Translations under genes and position numbers: made by a program
Assembly (NCBI GenBank): GCA_963810725.1
Contig: CAWEOO010000008.1
Location: 57,081 to 121,080 of the forward strand
Source of the DNA: an uncultured Chloroflexia bacterium
GTDB lineage: Bacteria; Chloroflexota; Limnocylindria; Limnocylindrales; CSP1-4
Length of the DNA stretch: 64,000 nucleotides
Direction: 5' to 3'
Notes under the pieces: model-generated
Told to the model about the DNA's origin: nothing
Database searches by the model: none
Seen by the model: only the letters and a program-made list of their open reading frames with translations
Shown here: one piece after another, positions 7,891-17,966 of the stretch
Layout: every line of letters starts with the position of its first letter
Position numbering within the stretch: position 1 is the stretch's first letter

Positions 7891-8334
7891 TCAACCGCCG
7901 GCGTGAGCGGCGGCCAGGTATCCCTCGTTCACCTCGCCCTTGTGGGCGGCGAAGGCGGCCAGGACCTCCCCCTTCTCGCGCTCGGGCACCTTCGCGAAGT
8001 CCAGCGTGCGCCCGAGTTCCGCCGCGACTTCATCGAATTCGTCGGGCGAGATCTGGAGGTCGCGATGGGCTTCCTCCAAACCCAGCAGCGTGCTGCCGGG
8101 TTCCGTCGCGGTGTACTGAAATGGCCCACCGGCCACGTTGCAGACCCACAGGGTGCGCATGAACTTCAGACCGGGAAGCCGATCCAGGTTGTTCGTGTGC
8201 CATTCCCGGAGCGCGGGGTTTCGTGAGCCCTGACCCACGATGGGGTTCTTCACCAGGGCGTCGCTGAAATGATCGATGACGGCGGCGATGGCGAATGCGC
8301 CACCCAGCCGTTCGTACAGGCTTGCGTCGGACAT
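7891..8334 (-). CDS. Truncated hemoglobin (group I-like globin)
   Basis: Start is ATG 8334 with AGGAG upstream. SLYERLGGAFAIAAVIDHFSDALVKNP...LEEAHRDLQISPDEFDEVAAELGRTLDFAKVP fits the trHb fold pattern, including a proximal His. Confidence 0.7.
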   Translation of the reverse strand: MSDASLYERLGGAFAIAAVIDHFSDALVKNPIVGQGSRNPALREWHTNNLDRLPGLKFMRTLWVCNVAGGPFQYTATEPGSTLLGLEEAHRDLQISPDEFDEVAAELGRTLDFAKVPEREKGEVLAAFAAHKGEVNEGYLAAAHAGG

Positions 8335-8533
8335 CGCTCGGCACTCCTCGCTTGGATCTGTGGTTGGTCGTCCCTGGGCTATCGATAGGCTTCTCCAGTG
8401 GGCGCCGGCCGTGAGGAACCGAGACTGGTTCGATACTGGGTACGACGCGAAACCCGACAGCGGTTCTCGCCAGGACCGCCGTCGGGGGGGGTAGCGGCGG
8501 CTCACGTCGGGGAAGCGACGAGGAGGATTACCG

Positions 8534-8941
8534 ATGAAGGACGGCGTGCTCGAGATGCGGCTGGTGGTGACGGCCCCCGATTACGAGGAGGCGCTCGCCT
8601 TCTATCGCGACGTGCTGGGGATGCCGGAGATCGCGGCCTTCACCTCGGAGAACGCGCGGGTCGCGATCCTCGACGCGGGACGCGCGACCCTCGAGCTGGC
8701 CGACCCACCGCATGCCGCCTTCGTCGACGAGGTCGAGGTCGGCCGGCGCGTCGCCCCGCACCTTCGCGTCGCGCTGCAGGTCGCCGATGCGAGGGCGGCC
8801 ACGGACCACGCCCAGGCTGCCGGAGCGGAGCTCATCGCTCCGCCGACCGAGACCCCGTGGCGCTCGCTGAACTCCCGGCTGAACGGGCCGGCCGGCCTCC
8901 AGCTCACGCTCTTCGAGGAGCTGGAGCCGCCTGTGTCATGA
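8534..8941 (+). CDS. VOC family protein (glyoxalase/bleomycin-resistance fold)
   Basis: 135 aa. LVVTAPDYEEALAFYRDVLGMPE...ATLELAD...LRVALQVADARAATDHAQAAGAELIAPPTETPW is typical of VOC proteins. Confidence 0.75.
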   Translation: MKDGVLEMRLVVTAPDYEEALAFYRDVLGMPEIAAFTSENARVAILDAGRATLELADPPHAAFVDEVEVGRRVAPHLRVALQVADARAATDHAQAAGAELIAPPTETPWRSLNSRLNGPAGLQLTLFEELEPPVS

Positions 8942-9036
8942 GCGGGCTGCGGCGGTAAGCGCGCTCCCGACCGATGAGTTTTCCCGTCGATCTCGGTCTA
9001 CATACTTGAGCAACCAAACCCAGGAGATGGACCGAG

Positions 9037-10656
9037 ATGACAACGACGGAAGTTCGACAGGCCGGCCGACGCGAGTGGATCGGGCTGGCCGTCCTCGCGC
9101 TCGCGTGCCTGCTATACGTGATGGACCTGACGGTATTGCACCTCGCCGTGCCGTCCATCAGCGAGGACCTCAAGCCGAGCAGCGCGCAGCTGCTCTGGAT
9201 CATCGACATCTACGGATTCATGGTGGCGGGCTTCCTCATCACGATGGGCACGCTCGGCGACCGGATCGGGCGGCGCAAGCTGCTGCTCATCGGCGCCGCG
9301 GCGTTCGGGGCCCTGTCGCTCCTGGCGGCGTTCTCGACGAGCCCGGAGATGCTGATCGTCAGCCGGGCCCTGCTCGGGATCGCGGGCGCCACGTTGGCGC
9401 CGTCGACCCTGTCGCTCATCTTCAGCATGTTCCCGGATCCGAAGCAGCGCGCGGTCGCGATCGGGATCTGGATCTCCGCGTTCTCGGCCGGCAGCGCGAT
9501 CGGGCCCGTGCTCGGCGGCATTCTGCTCGAGACCTTCTGGTGGGGCTCGGTCTTCCTGCTCGCGCTGCCCGTGATGGCGCTCCTGCTCGTGCTCGGGCCG
9601 ATCGTGCTGCCCGAATATCGTGATCCGGACGCCGGCCGCCTGGACCTCGCGAGTGCCGCCATGTCGCTGGTCGCGGTCCTGGCCGTGATCTTCGGGCTCA
9701 AGCAGATCGCGCAGGATGGTCCCGGGCTGCTCCCCGTCGCGTCCATCGCCCTGGGCCTGGGTGTCGGGTTCGTGTGGGCCCGCCGGCAACTCTCGCTCGC
9801 CGACCCGATGATCGACCTTCGCCTGTTCCGGATCCCGTCGTTCAGCGCGTCGCTGGTCATCAACTTCCTGGCCATCTTCGTGGCGGTCGGCTACTTCCTG
9901 TTCGTCGCGCAGTACCTGCAGCTCGTGGTCGGGCTGTCGCCGCTGGAGGCGGGCCTCTGGTCGGTGCCGTCCGCGATCGGCTTCATCGTCGGGTCGAACC
10001 TGGCGCCCCGCATCGTGCATCGTGTCCGGCCGGCCTATGTGATGGGCGCCGGGTTGGCGATCGCGGCCATCGGGCTCGGGGTGCTGACCCAGGTGGGCGG
10101 ATCGGACGGCCTGGCAGTCGTCATCGCCGGATCGCTCGTCATCTCGCTGGGGCTCGGGCCGGTGCTGTCCCTGACCACGGAGCTCATCGTGGGGTCCGCG
10201 CCGCCGGAGCGCGCGGGCGCCGCATCCGGCATCTCCGAGACCGGCGCCGAGCTCGGCGGCGCGCTCGGGATCTCCATCCTGGGCAGCATCGGGATCGCCA
10301 TCTATCGAAGCGACGTGGCCAACGGCCTCCCGGCGGGCGTGCCGGCCGAGGCCGCCACGATCGCGCGCGATACGCTCGGCGGAGCGGTAGGCATCGCCGG
10401 CCAGCTCCCCGGTCAGCTCGGCACGGCCGTGCTGGAGGTCGCCCGGGAGGCATTCGTACAGGGGATGCAGGTTGCCGCGGGCATCAGCGCCATCATGGCG
10501 ATCGCGGTCGCGGTCCTCGCGGTCGTGGTCCTGCGCAACATGCGCGGGGGCGACGAACCCGGTCCGACCGCCGATACCGAGGACGATCAGCCCCGCGACC
10601 GCGGGCACGCACGTCCCGAGGTCATCGGCGCCGGCCAGGCCGCGTCAGGGGCGTGA
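9037..10656 (+). CDS. MFS transporter, DHA2 (EmrB/QacA, 14-TMS) family
   Basis: 539 aa. It has the MFS signature [21 protein letters not shown] and about 14 hydrophobic segments. AGGAGA lies upstream. Confidence 0.85.
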   Translation: MTTTEVRQAGRREWIGLAVLALACLLYVMDLTVLHLAVPSISEDLKPSSAQLLWIIDIYGFMVAGFLITMGTLGDRIGRRKLLLIGAAAFGALSLLAAFSTSPEMLIVSRALLGIAGATLAPSTLSLIFSMFPDPKQRAVAIGIWISAFSAGSAIGPVLGGILLETFWWGSVFLLALPVMALLLVLGPIVLPEYRDPDAGRLDLASAAMSLVAVLAVIFGLKQIAQDGPGLLPVASIALGLGVGFVWARRQLSLADPMIDLRLFRIPSFSASLVINFLAIFVAVGYFLFVAQYLQLVVGLSPLEAGLWSVPSAIGFIVGSNLAPRIVHRVRPAYVMGAGLAIAAIGLGVLTQVGGSDGLAVVIAGSLVISLGLGPVLSLTTELIVGSAPPERAGAASGISETGAELGGALGISILGSIGIAIYRSDVANGLPAGVPAEAATIARDTLGGAVGIAGQLPGQLGTAVLEVAREAFVQGMQVAAGISAIMAIAVAVLAVVVLRNMRGGDEPGPTADTEDDQPRDRGHARPEVIGAGQAASGA

Positions 10657-10733
10657 TCCCCACGTCAGCTGCCGTGCCGACGGCGGAAGGGGCCACGGCT
10701 GGGTCCGCCGCCCATGGCGGGTATCATCGGTCG

Positions 10734-11744
10734 ATGACTGATGTCGTCACCGGGTCGCCCGTCACCGGGGCCACTGGGCCGAGCGCCGCGGACTCCCTGG
10801 GTCTCCAGCTGGAGCCATATCGCGTCGAGCTGACGGCCTATTGCTACCGGATGCTGGGCTCGGCGTTCGAGGCCGAGGACGCCGTCCAGGACACGATGGT
10901 GCGGGCGTGGCGGGCCATCGATCGCTTCGAAGGACGAGCGGCTCTCCGCTCGTGGCTCTATCGGATCGCGACGAATGTCTGCCTGGACATGCTCAACGGC
11001 CGGGCGCGCCGGGCGCGGCCCATGGACCTCAACCCGGCGACGACGGCCGATTCGCCGCTCGGCGCGGCGCTGCCCGACGGGGCGTGGGTCGAGCCGATGC
11101 CCGACAGTCGGGTCGTACCGGTCGGCGGCGATCCCGCCGAGACGATGGTGCTGCGGGAGTCGATCCGCCTGGCCTTCGTCGCCGCCTTGCAGCACCTCCC
11201 GCCTCGGCAGCGGGCCGTGCTGATCCTGCGCGAGGTCCTGCAGTGGCAGGCGACCGAGGTCGCGGAGCTCCTCGAGACCAGCGTGGCATCAGTCAACAGC
11301 GCGCTCCAGCGAGCGCGAGCGACGCTTGCGACCAAGGATGCAGGCGACACCCCGGCCCAGCCGACCGACGACGAGCAGCGCGCCCTCCTCGCCCGGTATG
11401 TCGACGCTTTCGAGCGCTACGACCTGGACTCCCTCACCGCGCTCCTGCACGAGGACGCGACCTGGTCCATGCCACCGTACGAACTGTGGCTGCAGACGCA
11501 CCTGGACATCCGCAAGTGGTGTCTCGGGCCCGGTATCGGCTGCAAGGGCTCGCGCCTGATCCCGACGGTGGCCAACGGCTCGCCGGCCTTCGGGCAGTAT
11601 AAGCCGAGCCCGACCGGTGGCTACGAGCCCTGGTCGCTCCAGGTCCTGGACATCAAGGACGGTCGGATCGACGGGATCATCTTCTTCCTCGACACGCCGA
11701 CGTTCTTCCCGCTATTCGGGCTGCCGCCGCACCTCGACGCCTGA
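10734..11744 (+). CDS. ECF RNA polymerase sigma factor with C-terminal NTF2/SnoaL-like domain (SigG-like)
   Basis: Start is at the internal ATG 10734 (MTDVVTGSP...). Region 2 is [39 protein letters not shown]. Region 4 is [44 protein letters not shown] tail of about 130 aa follows ([27 protein letters not shown]). Confidence 0.85.
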   Translation: MTDVVTGSPVTGATGPSAADSLGLQLEPYRVELTAYCYRMLGSAFEAEDAVQDTMVRAWRAIDRFEGRAALRSWLYRIATNVCLDMLNGRARRARPMDLNPATTADSPLGAALPDGAWVEPMPDSRVVPVGGDPAETMVLRESIRLAFVAALQHLPPRQRAVLILREVLQWQATEVAELLETSVASVNSALQRARATLATKDAGDTPAQPTDDEQRALLARYVDAFERYDLDSLTALLHEDATWSMPPYELWLQTHLDIRKWCLGPGIGCKGSRLIPTVANGSPAFGQYKPSPTGGYEPWSLQVLDIKDGRIDGIIFFLDTPTFFPLFGLPPHLDA

Positions 11745-12161
11745 CGTCGCGGCGCGCCCCAGGACCTCACCAAGGCCTACGAAGCGGAGCAGCGCCCGCA
11801 GCTCCGGCGAGACGCCGCGCAGCCGGAGCCGACACCCGAGCCGCCCGACGGTCAGCCGCAGGCGAGCGATGGCATCGATCGCGACGCAATCCGCGTGGGT
11901 GAGCCCACGGACGTCGCAGACGACCTCGACCGCCGCGCTCAACTCGATGGCGGCGCGAACGCGCTCGCACAGCGACGGGATCTCGGCACGTTCGATCCGA
12001 CCGGCGATCTCGACGAGGATCGCGTTCGGCTCCGGGATCGGTCGGGGGGCGCGCATGGGGCCCGGCGCCGATCCCTCGGGGGCGACCAACTGGGGTCTTC
12101 CTTCCATGTAGCGTGCCGTGAGGGTTCGGAGGCGCCGACGAGAGGTCTCGTCGAGCGCCAC
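11712..12161 (-). CDS. STAS domain protein (anti-sigma-factor-antagonist-like)
   Basis: [26 protein letters not shown]...[56 protein letters not shown] is STAS-like. The start is uncertain (GTG 12161, ATG 12107 or ATG 12056). The 3' end overlaps the sigma-factor 3' end by 33 nt. Confidence 0.6.
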   Translation of the reverse strand: MALDETSRRRLRTLTARYMEGRPQLVAPEGSAPGPMRAPRPIPEPNAILVEIAGRIERAEIPSLCERVRAAIELSAAVEVVCDVRGLTHADCVAIDAIARLRLTVGRLGCRLRLRGVSPELRALLRFVGLGEVLGRAATSGVEVRRQPE

Positions 12162-12206
12162 TTACTTAGACCGTGCATGGGCCCGGAACTCATCGGTATC
12201 AGGGAT

Positions 12207-12698
12207 TCAGGGGTCGCCGCGCGTGAACTCCATGATCCAGTTGGTTTCCCAGCTTTCGCCGCCATCGGGGGAGAACGCCTGCTCCCAGTGGGCGGAGGTC
12301 GGCGTGATCTGCGACCACTGGAACCGGACCGTGATGGGTCGCCCGTCCAGGGTGTCATCACCGATGAAGGTTCCGACCCCGTCCTCGAAGCCACCCCGCA
12401 CCGGTGGCTCGATCGTCGGCGTTCGCGCATCGAGCCACCAGATCGACCAACGACGCTCGTCGGGGTCGAACGCCCGGATGCCGACGGCTCGGTAGGTCCC
12501 GCCGGGCAGCTCGAGCAGGTTGTCGTCCACCGTGCCGAGGCCTCCGAGGGCCAGCCACAGCACGCTCGTCCCGTCGAATTCCTCCCACTCAGTGCTCCCG
12601 GCAAGCCTCGCCTTCAGGCGGCGATGTCGAACGTTCCAGCTGCCGACCAGCCAGTCCCAGTCGTGCTCGTGACCCGTGCGCGCTGGTTCGTCGGCCAT
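12207..12698 (-). CDS. Conserved hypothetical protein (beta-barrel/lipocalin-like by composition)
   Basis: 163 aa with good GC3. DWDWLVGSWNVRHRRL...WSIWWLDARTPTIEPPVRGGFEDGVGTFIGDDTLDGRPITVRFQWSQITPTSAHWEQAFSPDGGESWETNW. The family is not firmly recognised. Confidence 0.55.
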   Translation of the reverse strand: MADEPARTGHEHDWDWLVGSWNVRHRRLKARLAGSTEWEEFDGTSVLWLALGGLGTVDDNLLELPGGTYRAVGIRAFDPDERRWSIWWLDARTPTIEPPVRGGFEDGVGTFIGDDTLDGRPITVRFQWSQITPTSAHWEQAFSPDGGESWETNWIMEFTRGDP

Positions 12699-12820
12699 CG
12701 CAGGTTCTCCTTGGGGCCGCGGCAGCTGCGGCAGGGAACGCCGTTATACCGGGGACTACCTGTCAATAGATGTCAGGTATCCCGCGCCGACCGACGGAGG
12801 ACTCCTGCGCTCGAAGCCTG

Positions 12821-15800
12821 TCAGGCCTCGAGGATCTCGACCGGATCCTGGATGAGCGGCAGGCGGACCGTGAAGGTCGTGTCGCCCACCTCGCTCTGGA
12901 CGGCGATCTGCCCGCCGTGCTGCTCGACGATGTGGCGGGTGCCCGCCAGGCCGATGCCACTGCCGCTGACCGTGCCTGCCGTGTTCGAGGCCCGGTAGTA
13001 CGGCTCGAAGACGCGCTCGACCTCGTTCGGCGGGATGCCGATCCCATGGTCCCGCACGACGAGGACCGCCCACTCCTGGTCCCCGGTCTCGTCTTGCCGG
13101 ACCTCGAGGGTGATCTCACCGCCCTTGGGGCTGTACTTCACCGCATTCGAGATGAGGTTGCTGACGATGCGCTCGATCCGGGCCTCGTCCCAGTCACCGA
13201 GCACCCGCGAGGTCTCGGTGTCGAGGCTGATCGAGTGGCGCGGACTGATCTTCTGGTACTCGGTCGAGAGCCGGCGGACGATCTTGACGAGGTCTGCGGG
13301 GCCGACGTCGAGCTCGAGCTCATGGCCCATCCGAAGTCGAGTCAGATCGAGCAGCTCGTCGACCAGGCGGACCAGCTGGGCGGTGCTCTCGTCGATGACC
13401 TCGAGGCCCTCCGCGATCTGGGTCGACCCCCCATCCCCTCGCGCGACCGCGCGCTGCAGGAGGTTGGCGTTCCCCTTGATGATCGTGGCCGGCGTCTTGA
13501 GGTCATGGGAGATCGCGGCAAGGAACTCGTCCTTCTGACGGTCGAGATCGCGCAATGGGCTGATGTCCTGGAAGACCGCCACGCCGCCCGCCGGATGACC
13601 CTGCCCGTCACTCAACGGCGCGCTGTTCACGAGGATCGGCACGTCCTGGCCCGTGATCGAATTGGTGATGACGAGCTGCTCCCCGCGCACGACCTCGCTG
13701 TGGAAGACGGCTCGCGCCAGCGGATGATCCGAGGAGATGTAAGACGCACCGTCGATGCGCCGGGCTCCGGGAGCCCCGTCGACGATCATCCCCACCGATT
13801 CCGGCACGGTCCCCATGATCTCCGCGGCCGCCGCATTGCTCAGGTACACCCGGCCGCTGGCGTCGGCGATGAGGATGGCCTCCGGCATCACGTCGACGAC
13901 CTGCCGCAGGCGAGCCAATCCGTACTCGGCCTCAGCCCGCGCGGCCTGCTCCTGCACAAGGTCCTCGGCCCGCATGTTGGCCGTGATCGTGCTCAGCACG
14001 ATGCCGATGCTCTCCCCGAGTTGGTCGAGGAAGGCGATGTGGATGTTGCTCAGGTCTTCGATCGACGCGAGCTCGATGACCGCCCGCGTCTCGTCCCCGA
14101 AGAGGATGGGCAGCAGGACGATGGAACGGGGCGTCGTGCCGCCGAGCGCCGACGAGATCTTGGCGTAGTCCGGCGGGACGTCGCGGAGATGGATCCGCTG
14201 CCGGTCTTCGGCCACCTGGCCCAACAGGCCCTCGCCGAATGGGATGGTCGCGGCGGGCTCCGGCGAGATGTGGCGAGGATACGTGGCCAGGAGGCTCAGG
14301 CGCGGCGGCTGGGCGTCGACGTTGGCCAGGTAGAAGACGCCGCGCTGGATGCCGACCAGCGGAGCGAGCTCGGTGAGGATCAGGCGGCCGACCATCCGCA
14401 GGTCGCGCTGGCCCTGCAGCATCTGCCCGAAACGGGCGATGTTCGTCTTGAGCCAGTCGATCTCCCGGTTTCGCTGCGTCGTTTCGCGAAGATTCCGGAT
14501 CATCTCGTTGACGTCGTCCTTGAGCAGCGCCACCTCACCCTGGGCCTGGACCTGGATGGATCGCGACAGGTCGCCGCGGGTGACGGCGGTCGCGACCTCG
14601 CCGATGGCGCGCACCTGGGTCGTGAGATTCGCGGCGAGCTGGTTGACCGAGTCGGTCAGGTCCTTCCAGGTCCCGCCCACGCCGCGGACGTCGGCCTGGC
14701 CGCCGAGCTTGCCCTCCGTGCCGACCTCGCGAGCGACGCGCGTCACTTCGCTGGCGAAGGCGTTCAGCTGGTCGACCATGGTGTTGATGGTGTCCTTGAG
14801 CTCGAGGATCTCGCCCCGGGCATCGACGGTGATCTTCTTGGACAGGTCCCCCTTGGCGACGGCGGTCGTGACGTCGGCGATGTTGCGGACCTGGTCGGTC
14901 AGGTTGCCCGCCATCGAGTTCACGTTGTCCGTCAGGTCCTTCCAGGTGCCAGCCACGCCGCGGACCTCGGCCTGGCCGCCGAGCTTGCCTTCCGTTCCCA
15001 CCTCGCGGGCCACGCGCGTGACCTCGCCGGCGAAGGCGTTGAGCTGGTCGACCATCGTGTTGATGGTGTTCTTCTGTTCGAGGAACTCGCCGCGCACCTC
15101 GACCGTGATCTTCTTCGACAGGTCGCCCCGGGCGACGGCCGTCGTCACCTCGGCGATGTTGCGGGCCCGGTCGGTGAGGTTGCGGGACATGGTGTTGACG
15201 TTGTCTGTCAGGTCCTTCCACGTGCCCGCAACGCCGCGGACATCGGCCTGGCCGCCGAGCTTGCCCTCGGTGCCGACCTCGTGGGCGACGCGCGTGACTT
15301 CGCTTGCGAGTGCGTTGAGCTGGTCGACCATCGTGTTGATGGTGTCCTTGAGCTCGAGGATCTCGCCGCGGACGTCGACCGTGATCTTCTTGGACAGGTC
15401 GCCCTTCGCGACGGCGGTCGTGACGTCCGCGATGTTGCGGACCTGAGCGGTCAGGTTGCCGGCCATCGAGTTCACCGAATCGGTGAGGTCCTTCCACGTC
15501 CCGCCCACGCCGCGGACCTCGGCCTGGCCACCGAGCTTGCCCTCCGTTCCCACCTCGCGGGCCACGCGCGTGACCTCGCTCGCGAAGGCGTTGAGCTGGT
15601 CGACCATCGTGTTGATCGTGTCGGCCAGGCGCTTGTACTCGCCCTTCAAGGGCTGGCCGTCGATCTCCAGGGCCATCCGCTGTGAGAGGTCGCCCCGGGC
15701 GACGGCGTCGATGACGCGGCTGATCTCGAGCATCGGTTCGGTCAGGTCGAGGATCAGCTGGTTGACCGCAGCCTCGTTCCGTGCCCAGCTGCCGCCGGGC

Positions 15801-16078
15801 CCGATCGATACGCGGTGGCTGATGCGCCCCTCACGCCCGACCGCGCGGCTGATCCGACGAAGCTCCTCGGTGGTCCGCTGGTTCAGCTCGACGATGTCGT
15901 TGAAGGCCTCGGCGACGGCTCCCGCGATCCCCGCCTCGCCCGCCGGCAGGCGCACCCGGAGGTCGCCGTTGCGCAATGCCCGGAGCGCGCCGAGTACGGC
16001 CGCACCATCGAGCCCGTCGGGCTGCACTGCGGCCGTCTCGTCGTGGGTGACGCGCTGCAAGCTGCGGATCGTATCCAC
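12821..16078 (-). CDS. Soluble sensor histidine kinase: poly-HAMP array, GAF, PAS, HisKA, HATPase_c
   Basis: 1085 aa with no TM segment. About 9 consecutive HAMP units come first. A GAF follows ([20 protein letters not shown]), then a PAS. The H-box is [16 protein letters not shown]. The N/G boxes are [25 protein letters not shown] and [18 protein letters not shown]. Confidence 0.9.
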   Translation of the reverse strand: MDTIRSLQRVTHDETAAVQPDGLDGAAVLGALRALRNGDLRVRLPAGEAGIAGAVAEAFNDIVELNQRTTEELRRISRAVGREGRISHRVSIGPGGSWARNEAAVNQLILDLTEPMLEISRVIDAVARGDLSQRMALEIDGQPLKGEYKRLADTINTMVDQLNAFASEVTRVAREVGTEGKLGGQAEVRGVGGTWKDLTDSVNSMAGNLTAQVRNIADVTTAVAKGDLSKKITVDVRGEILELKDTINTMVDQLNALASEVTRVAHEVGTEGKLGGQADVRGVAGTWKDLTDNVNTMSRNLTDRARNIAEVTTAVARGDLSKKITVEVRGEFLEQKNTINTMVDQLNAFAGEVTRVAREVGTEGKLGGQAEVRGVAGTWKDLTDNVNSMAGNLTDQVRNIADVTTAVAKGDLSKKITVDARGEILELKDTINTMVDQLNAFASEVTRVAREVGTEGKLGGQADVRGVGGTWKDLTDSVNQLAANLTTQVRAIGEVATAVTRGDLSRSIQVQAQGEVALLKDDVNEMIRNLRETTQRNREIDWLKTNIARFGQMLQGQRDLRMVGRLILTELAPLVGIQRGVFYLANVDAQPPRLSLLATYPRHISPEPAATIPFGEGLLGQVAEDRQRIHLRDVPPDYAKISSALGGTTPRSIVLLPILFGDETRAVIELASIEDLSNIHIAFLDQLGESIGIVLSTITANMRAEDLVQEQAARAEAEYGLARLRQVVDVMPEAILIADASGRVYLSNAAAAEIMGTVPESVGMIVDGAPGARRIDGASYISSDHPLARAVFHSEVVRGEQLVITNSITGQDVPILVNSAPLSDGQGHPAGGVAVFQDISPLRDLDRQKDEFLAAISHDLKTPATIIKGNANLLQRAVARGDGGSTQIAEGLEVIDESTAQLVRLVDELLDLTRLRMGHELELDVGPADLVKIVRRLSTEYQKISPRHSISLDTETSRVLGDWDEARIERIVSNLISNAVKYSPKGGEITLEVRQDETGDQEWAVLVVRDHGIGIPPNEVERVFEPYYRASNTAGTVSGSGIGLAGTRHIVEQHGGQIAVQSEVGDTTFTVRLPLIQDPVEILEA
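14492..15595 (-). repeat. Four tandem 276-bp (92-aa) in-frame repeats inside the kinase gene (di-HAMP units)
   Basis: Unit starts (Leu codon of LNAFASEV / LNALASEV) are at 15595, 15319, 15043 and 14767. The protein units are nearly identical ([91 protein letters not shown]). Confidence 0.85.
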
Positions 16079-16212
16079 CCTCTATCGCCCTGTCGGGTGG
16101 CATCGAATGTAGCGGCTGATCGCGGCGGATCACCTTGCAGACTCGTTGCTGGCGGGCGCGATTCCCTCACAATGTGCCGTCGCTGGAATCGCGCCCACGG
16201 GCCGCCGGTCGA

Positions 16213-17877
16213 CTACATCGGTTCACGCACGGCCGGCAGGCCCTTTGCCCCGGATGGAGCCTCGCTCGTCTCCGTGGCCCGCATCGGAACCTCACGCAGG
16301 AACAGGACGAGCGCGGCGGCCACCGCTGCGGCTCCGATGCCCAGGATGAACGTGCTCGCGGTGGCGATCGAGAAGGCCCGGTAGATCGCGTCGACGATCG
16401 CCGGCACGAACGGCTCCACTTGCGCGCGGACCGCGTCGGGAGTCGCGGCCAGGATGGCGCTGCCGAGATCGCCCACACCGGTGAGCGCATCGAGACCGCC
16501 ACCGGTCGCCAGGACGCCCCCGACCTCGGCCGGAACGCCGGCGGCGTCCAACTGACGCGGCACTTCTTCTGCGAGTGTCGTCCCAAAGATCGTGCCGGTG
16601 ATGGCGAGTCCGACGGTGCCGCCGACCTGCTGGAAGAACGTGAGGTTGCTCGTGGCGGTGCCGAGCCGCTGGATGGGCACGGCGTTCTGGACGACGAGGG
16701 TGAACACGGCGAACGTCGGTCCCACGCCGAGACCCGTCACGAACATCCATGCCCACAGCAGCGGGATCGGCGTATCCGCCCGGAGGTTGGTCAGAGCGAG
16801 CAAACCGGCGGCCATCACGACGAGCGCACCGAAGATCAGCGTCCGATAGCGACCCGTGCGGCTCACGATCTGACCCGACGCGACCGCGCTCAGGATGAGA
16901 CCTCCCATCAAGGGCAGGATCTGGTAACCGGACTCCGTGGCGGACGCGCCCGTCACGACCTGGAACCAGCGCGGCAGGAACACGACGGTCGCGAGGAATC
17001 CGATCATCGCCAGGAAGACCGCGCCCACCGACAGGCTGAACGATCGATTGCGGAAGAGATCGAGCGGCACGATCGGCTCGACCGCGCGCGACTCGACCCA
17101 CACGAAGACCGCCAGGATCAGCGCGCCGATCGCCATGAGCCCGCCGACCGACGGATCGGTCCAATCGGCCGACTGCTTGTTCGTGAGGCCGACTAGGATC
17201 GGCACGAGCGCGGCGGTGAAAAGCGCAGCCCCGGCGTAGTCGATCCGCGGCCGCTCACCGCTCGGGTGATAGGACGGCAGGCTGCGCCACACGATCGTGA
17301 AGACGATGGCACCGACCGGCAGGTTGAGGAAGAACACCCAGGGCCAGCCGATCATGTCGGTGGTCAGGCCGCCGATCGCCGGGCCGATGAGGACGGAGAG
17401 GCCGAAGACGGCCCCGAAGAGCCCCTGGTACTTACCGCGCTCTGACGGCGCGAACAGGTCGCCGATGACCGCGAGCGCGATCGGGAACAACGCCCCGGCT
17501 CCGAGGCCCTGGATGCCGCGCGCGCCGATGAGCTGCCACATCTCCTGCGACAGGCCGGCGAGCAGCGAGCCGAGCATGAACACGCCGATCCCGACGAGGA
17601 AGATCGGGCGCCGCCCGAACAGGTCGGACAGCTTGCCGTAGAGTGGACCGCTGATCGTGGAGGTCAGCAGGTAGGCCGTGAAGGCCCAGGTGTAGAGGTC
17701 GTTGCCGCCGAGATCGGTGATGATCCTGGGCAGCGCCGTCCCGACGACGGTCTGGTCGAGCGCGGCGAGGAAGATGCCGATCATGACGGCGCCGAGGACG
17801 CGCATCCGGACGGCGTGCGGGAGTTCGACCGGTGCGCGATCGACGAACTCGGTTGCCTGGCTGGGGGTCGTGGACAC
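16213..17877 (-). CDS. MFS transporter, DHA2 (EmrB/QacA) family
   Basis: Preferred start is GTG 17877 (VSTTPSQ...), preceded by AAGGAGA. The ATG at 17922 is the outer limit. It has the signature GKLSDLFGRRPIFLVGIGVFMLGS and is a 14-TMS paralog of 9037-10656. Confidence 0.85.
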   Translation of the reverse strand: MSTTPSQATEFVDRAPVELPHAVRMRVLGAVMIGIFLAALDQTVVGTALPRIITDLGGNDLYTWAFTAYLLTSTISGPLYGKLSDLFGRRPIFLVGIGVFMLGSLLAGLSQEMWQLIGARGIQGLGAGALFPIALAVIGDLFAPSERGKYQGLFGAVFGLSVLIGPAIGGLTTDMIGWPWVFFLNLPVGAIVFTIVWRSLPSYHPSGERPRIDYAGAALFTAALVPILVGLTNKQSADWTDPSVGGLMAIGALILAVFVWVESRAVEPIVPLDLFRNRSFSLSVGAVFLAMIGFLATVVFLPRWFQVVTGASATESGYQILPLMGGLILSAVASGQIVSRTGRYRTLIFGALVVMAAGLLALTNLRADTPIPLLWAWMFVTGLGVGPTFAVFTLVVQNAVPIQRLGTATSNLTFFQQVGGTVGLAITGTIFGTTLAEEVPRQLDAAGVPAEVGGVLATGGGLDALTGVGDLGSAILAATPDAVRAQVEPFVPAIVDAIYRAFSIATASTFILGIGAAAVAAALVLFLREVPMRATETSEAPSGAKGLPAVREPM

Positions 17878-17888
17878 GAAGCTCTCCT

Positions 17889-17966
17889 TGCGTTGCGATT
17901 TGCCTCGACCATAGCAACGCATTAGGTTGATTTCGTTCCTAATGCCGTGCTACGTTTGCACACGGC
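17889..17966. promoter_or_regulatory. Three abutting inverted repeats in the MFS / WYL-regulator divergent intergenic region
   Basis: IR1 is TGCGTTGC...GCAACGCA (17889-17921). IR2 is CATTAGG...CCTAATG (17920-17944). IR3 is GCCGTG...CACGGC (17944-17966) and ends at the regulator's ATG. Confidence 0.35.

Noticed and set aside
14492-15595. Regular 276-bp tandem repeats that could be mistaken for a CRISPR-like or satellite array
   Set aside because: The repeats are in frame inside a continuous 1085-codon ORF and encode HAMP domains. There is no short repeat/spacer structure.
12770-15685. 971-aa plus-strand ORF opposite the histidine kinase
   Set aside because: It is a mirror-frame artefact of a high-GC gene. 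Its repetitive D/L/R/G-rich translation simply reflects the HAMP repeats on the other strand. The minus-strand product has complete kinase motifs.
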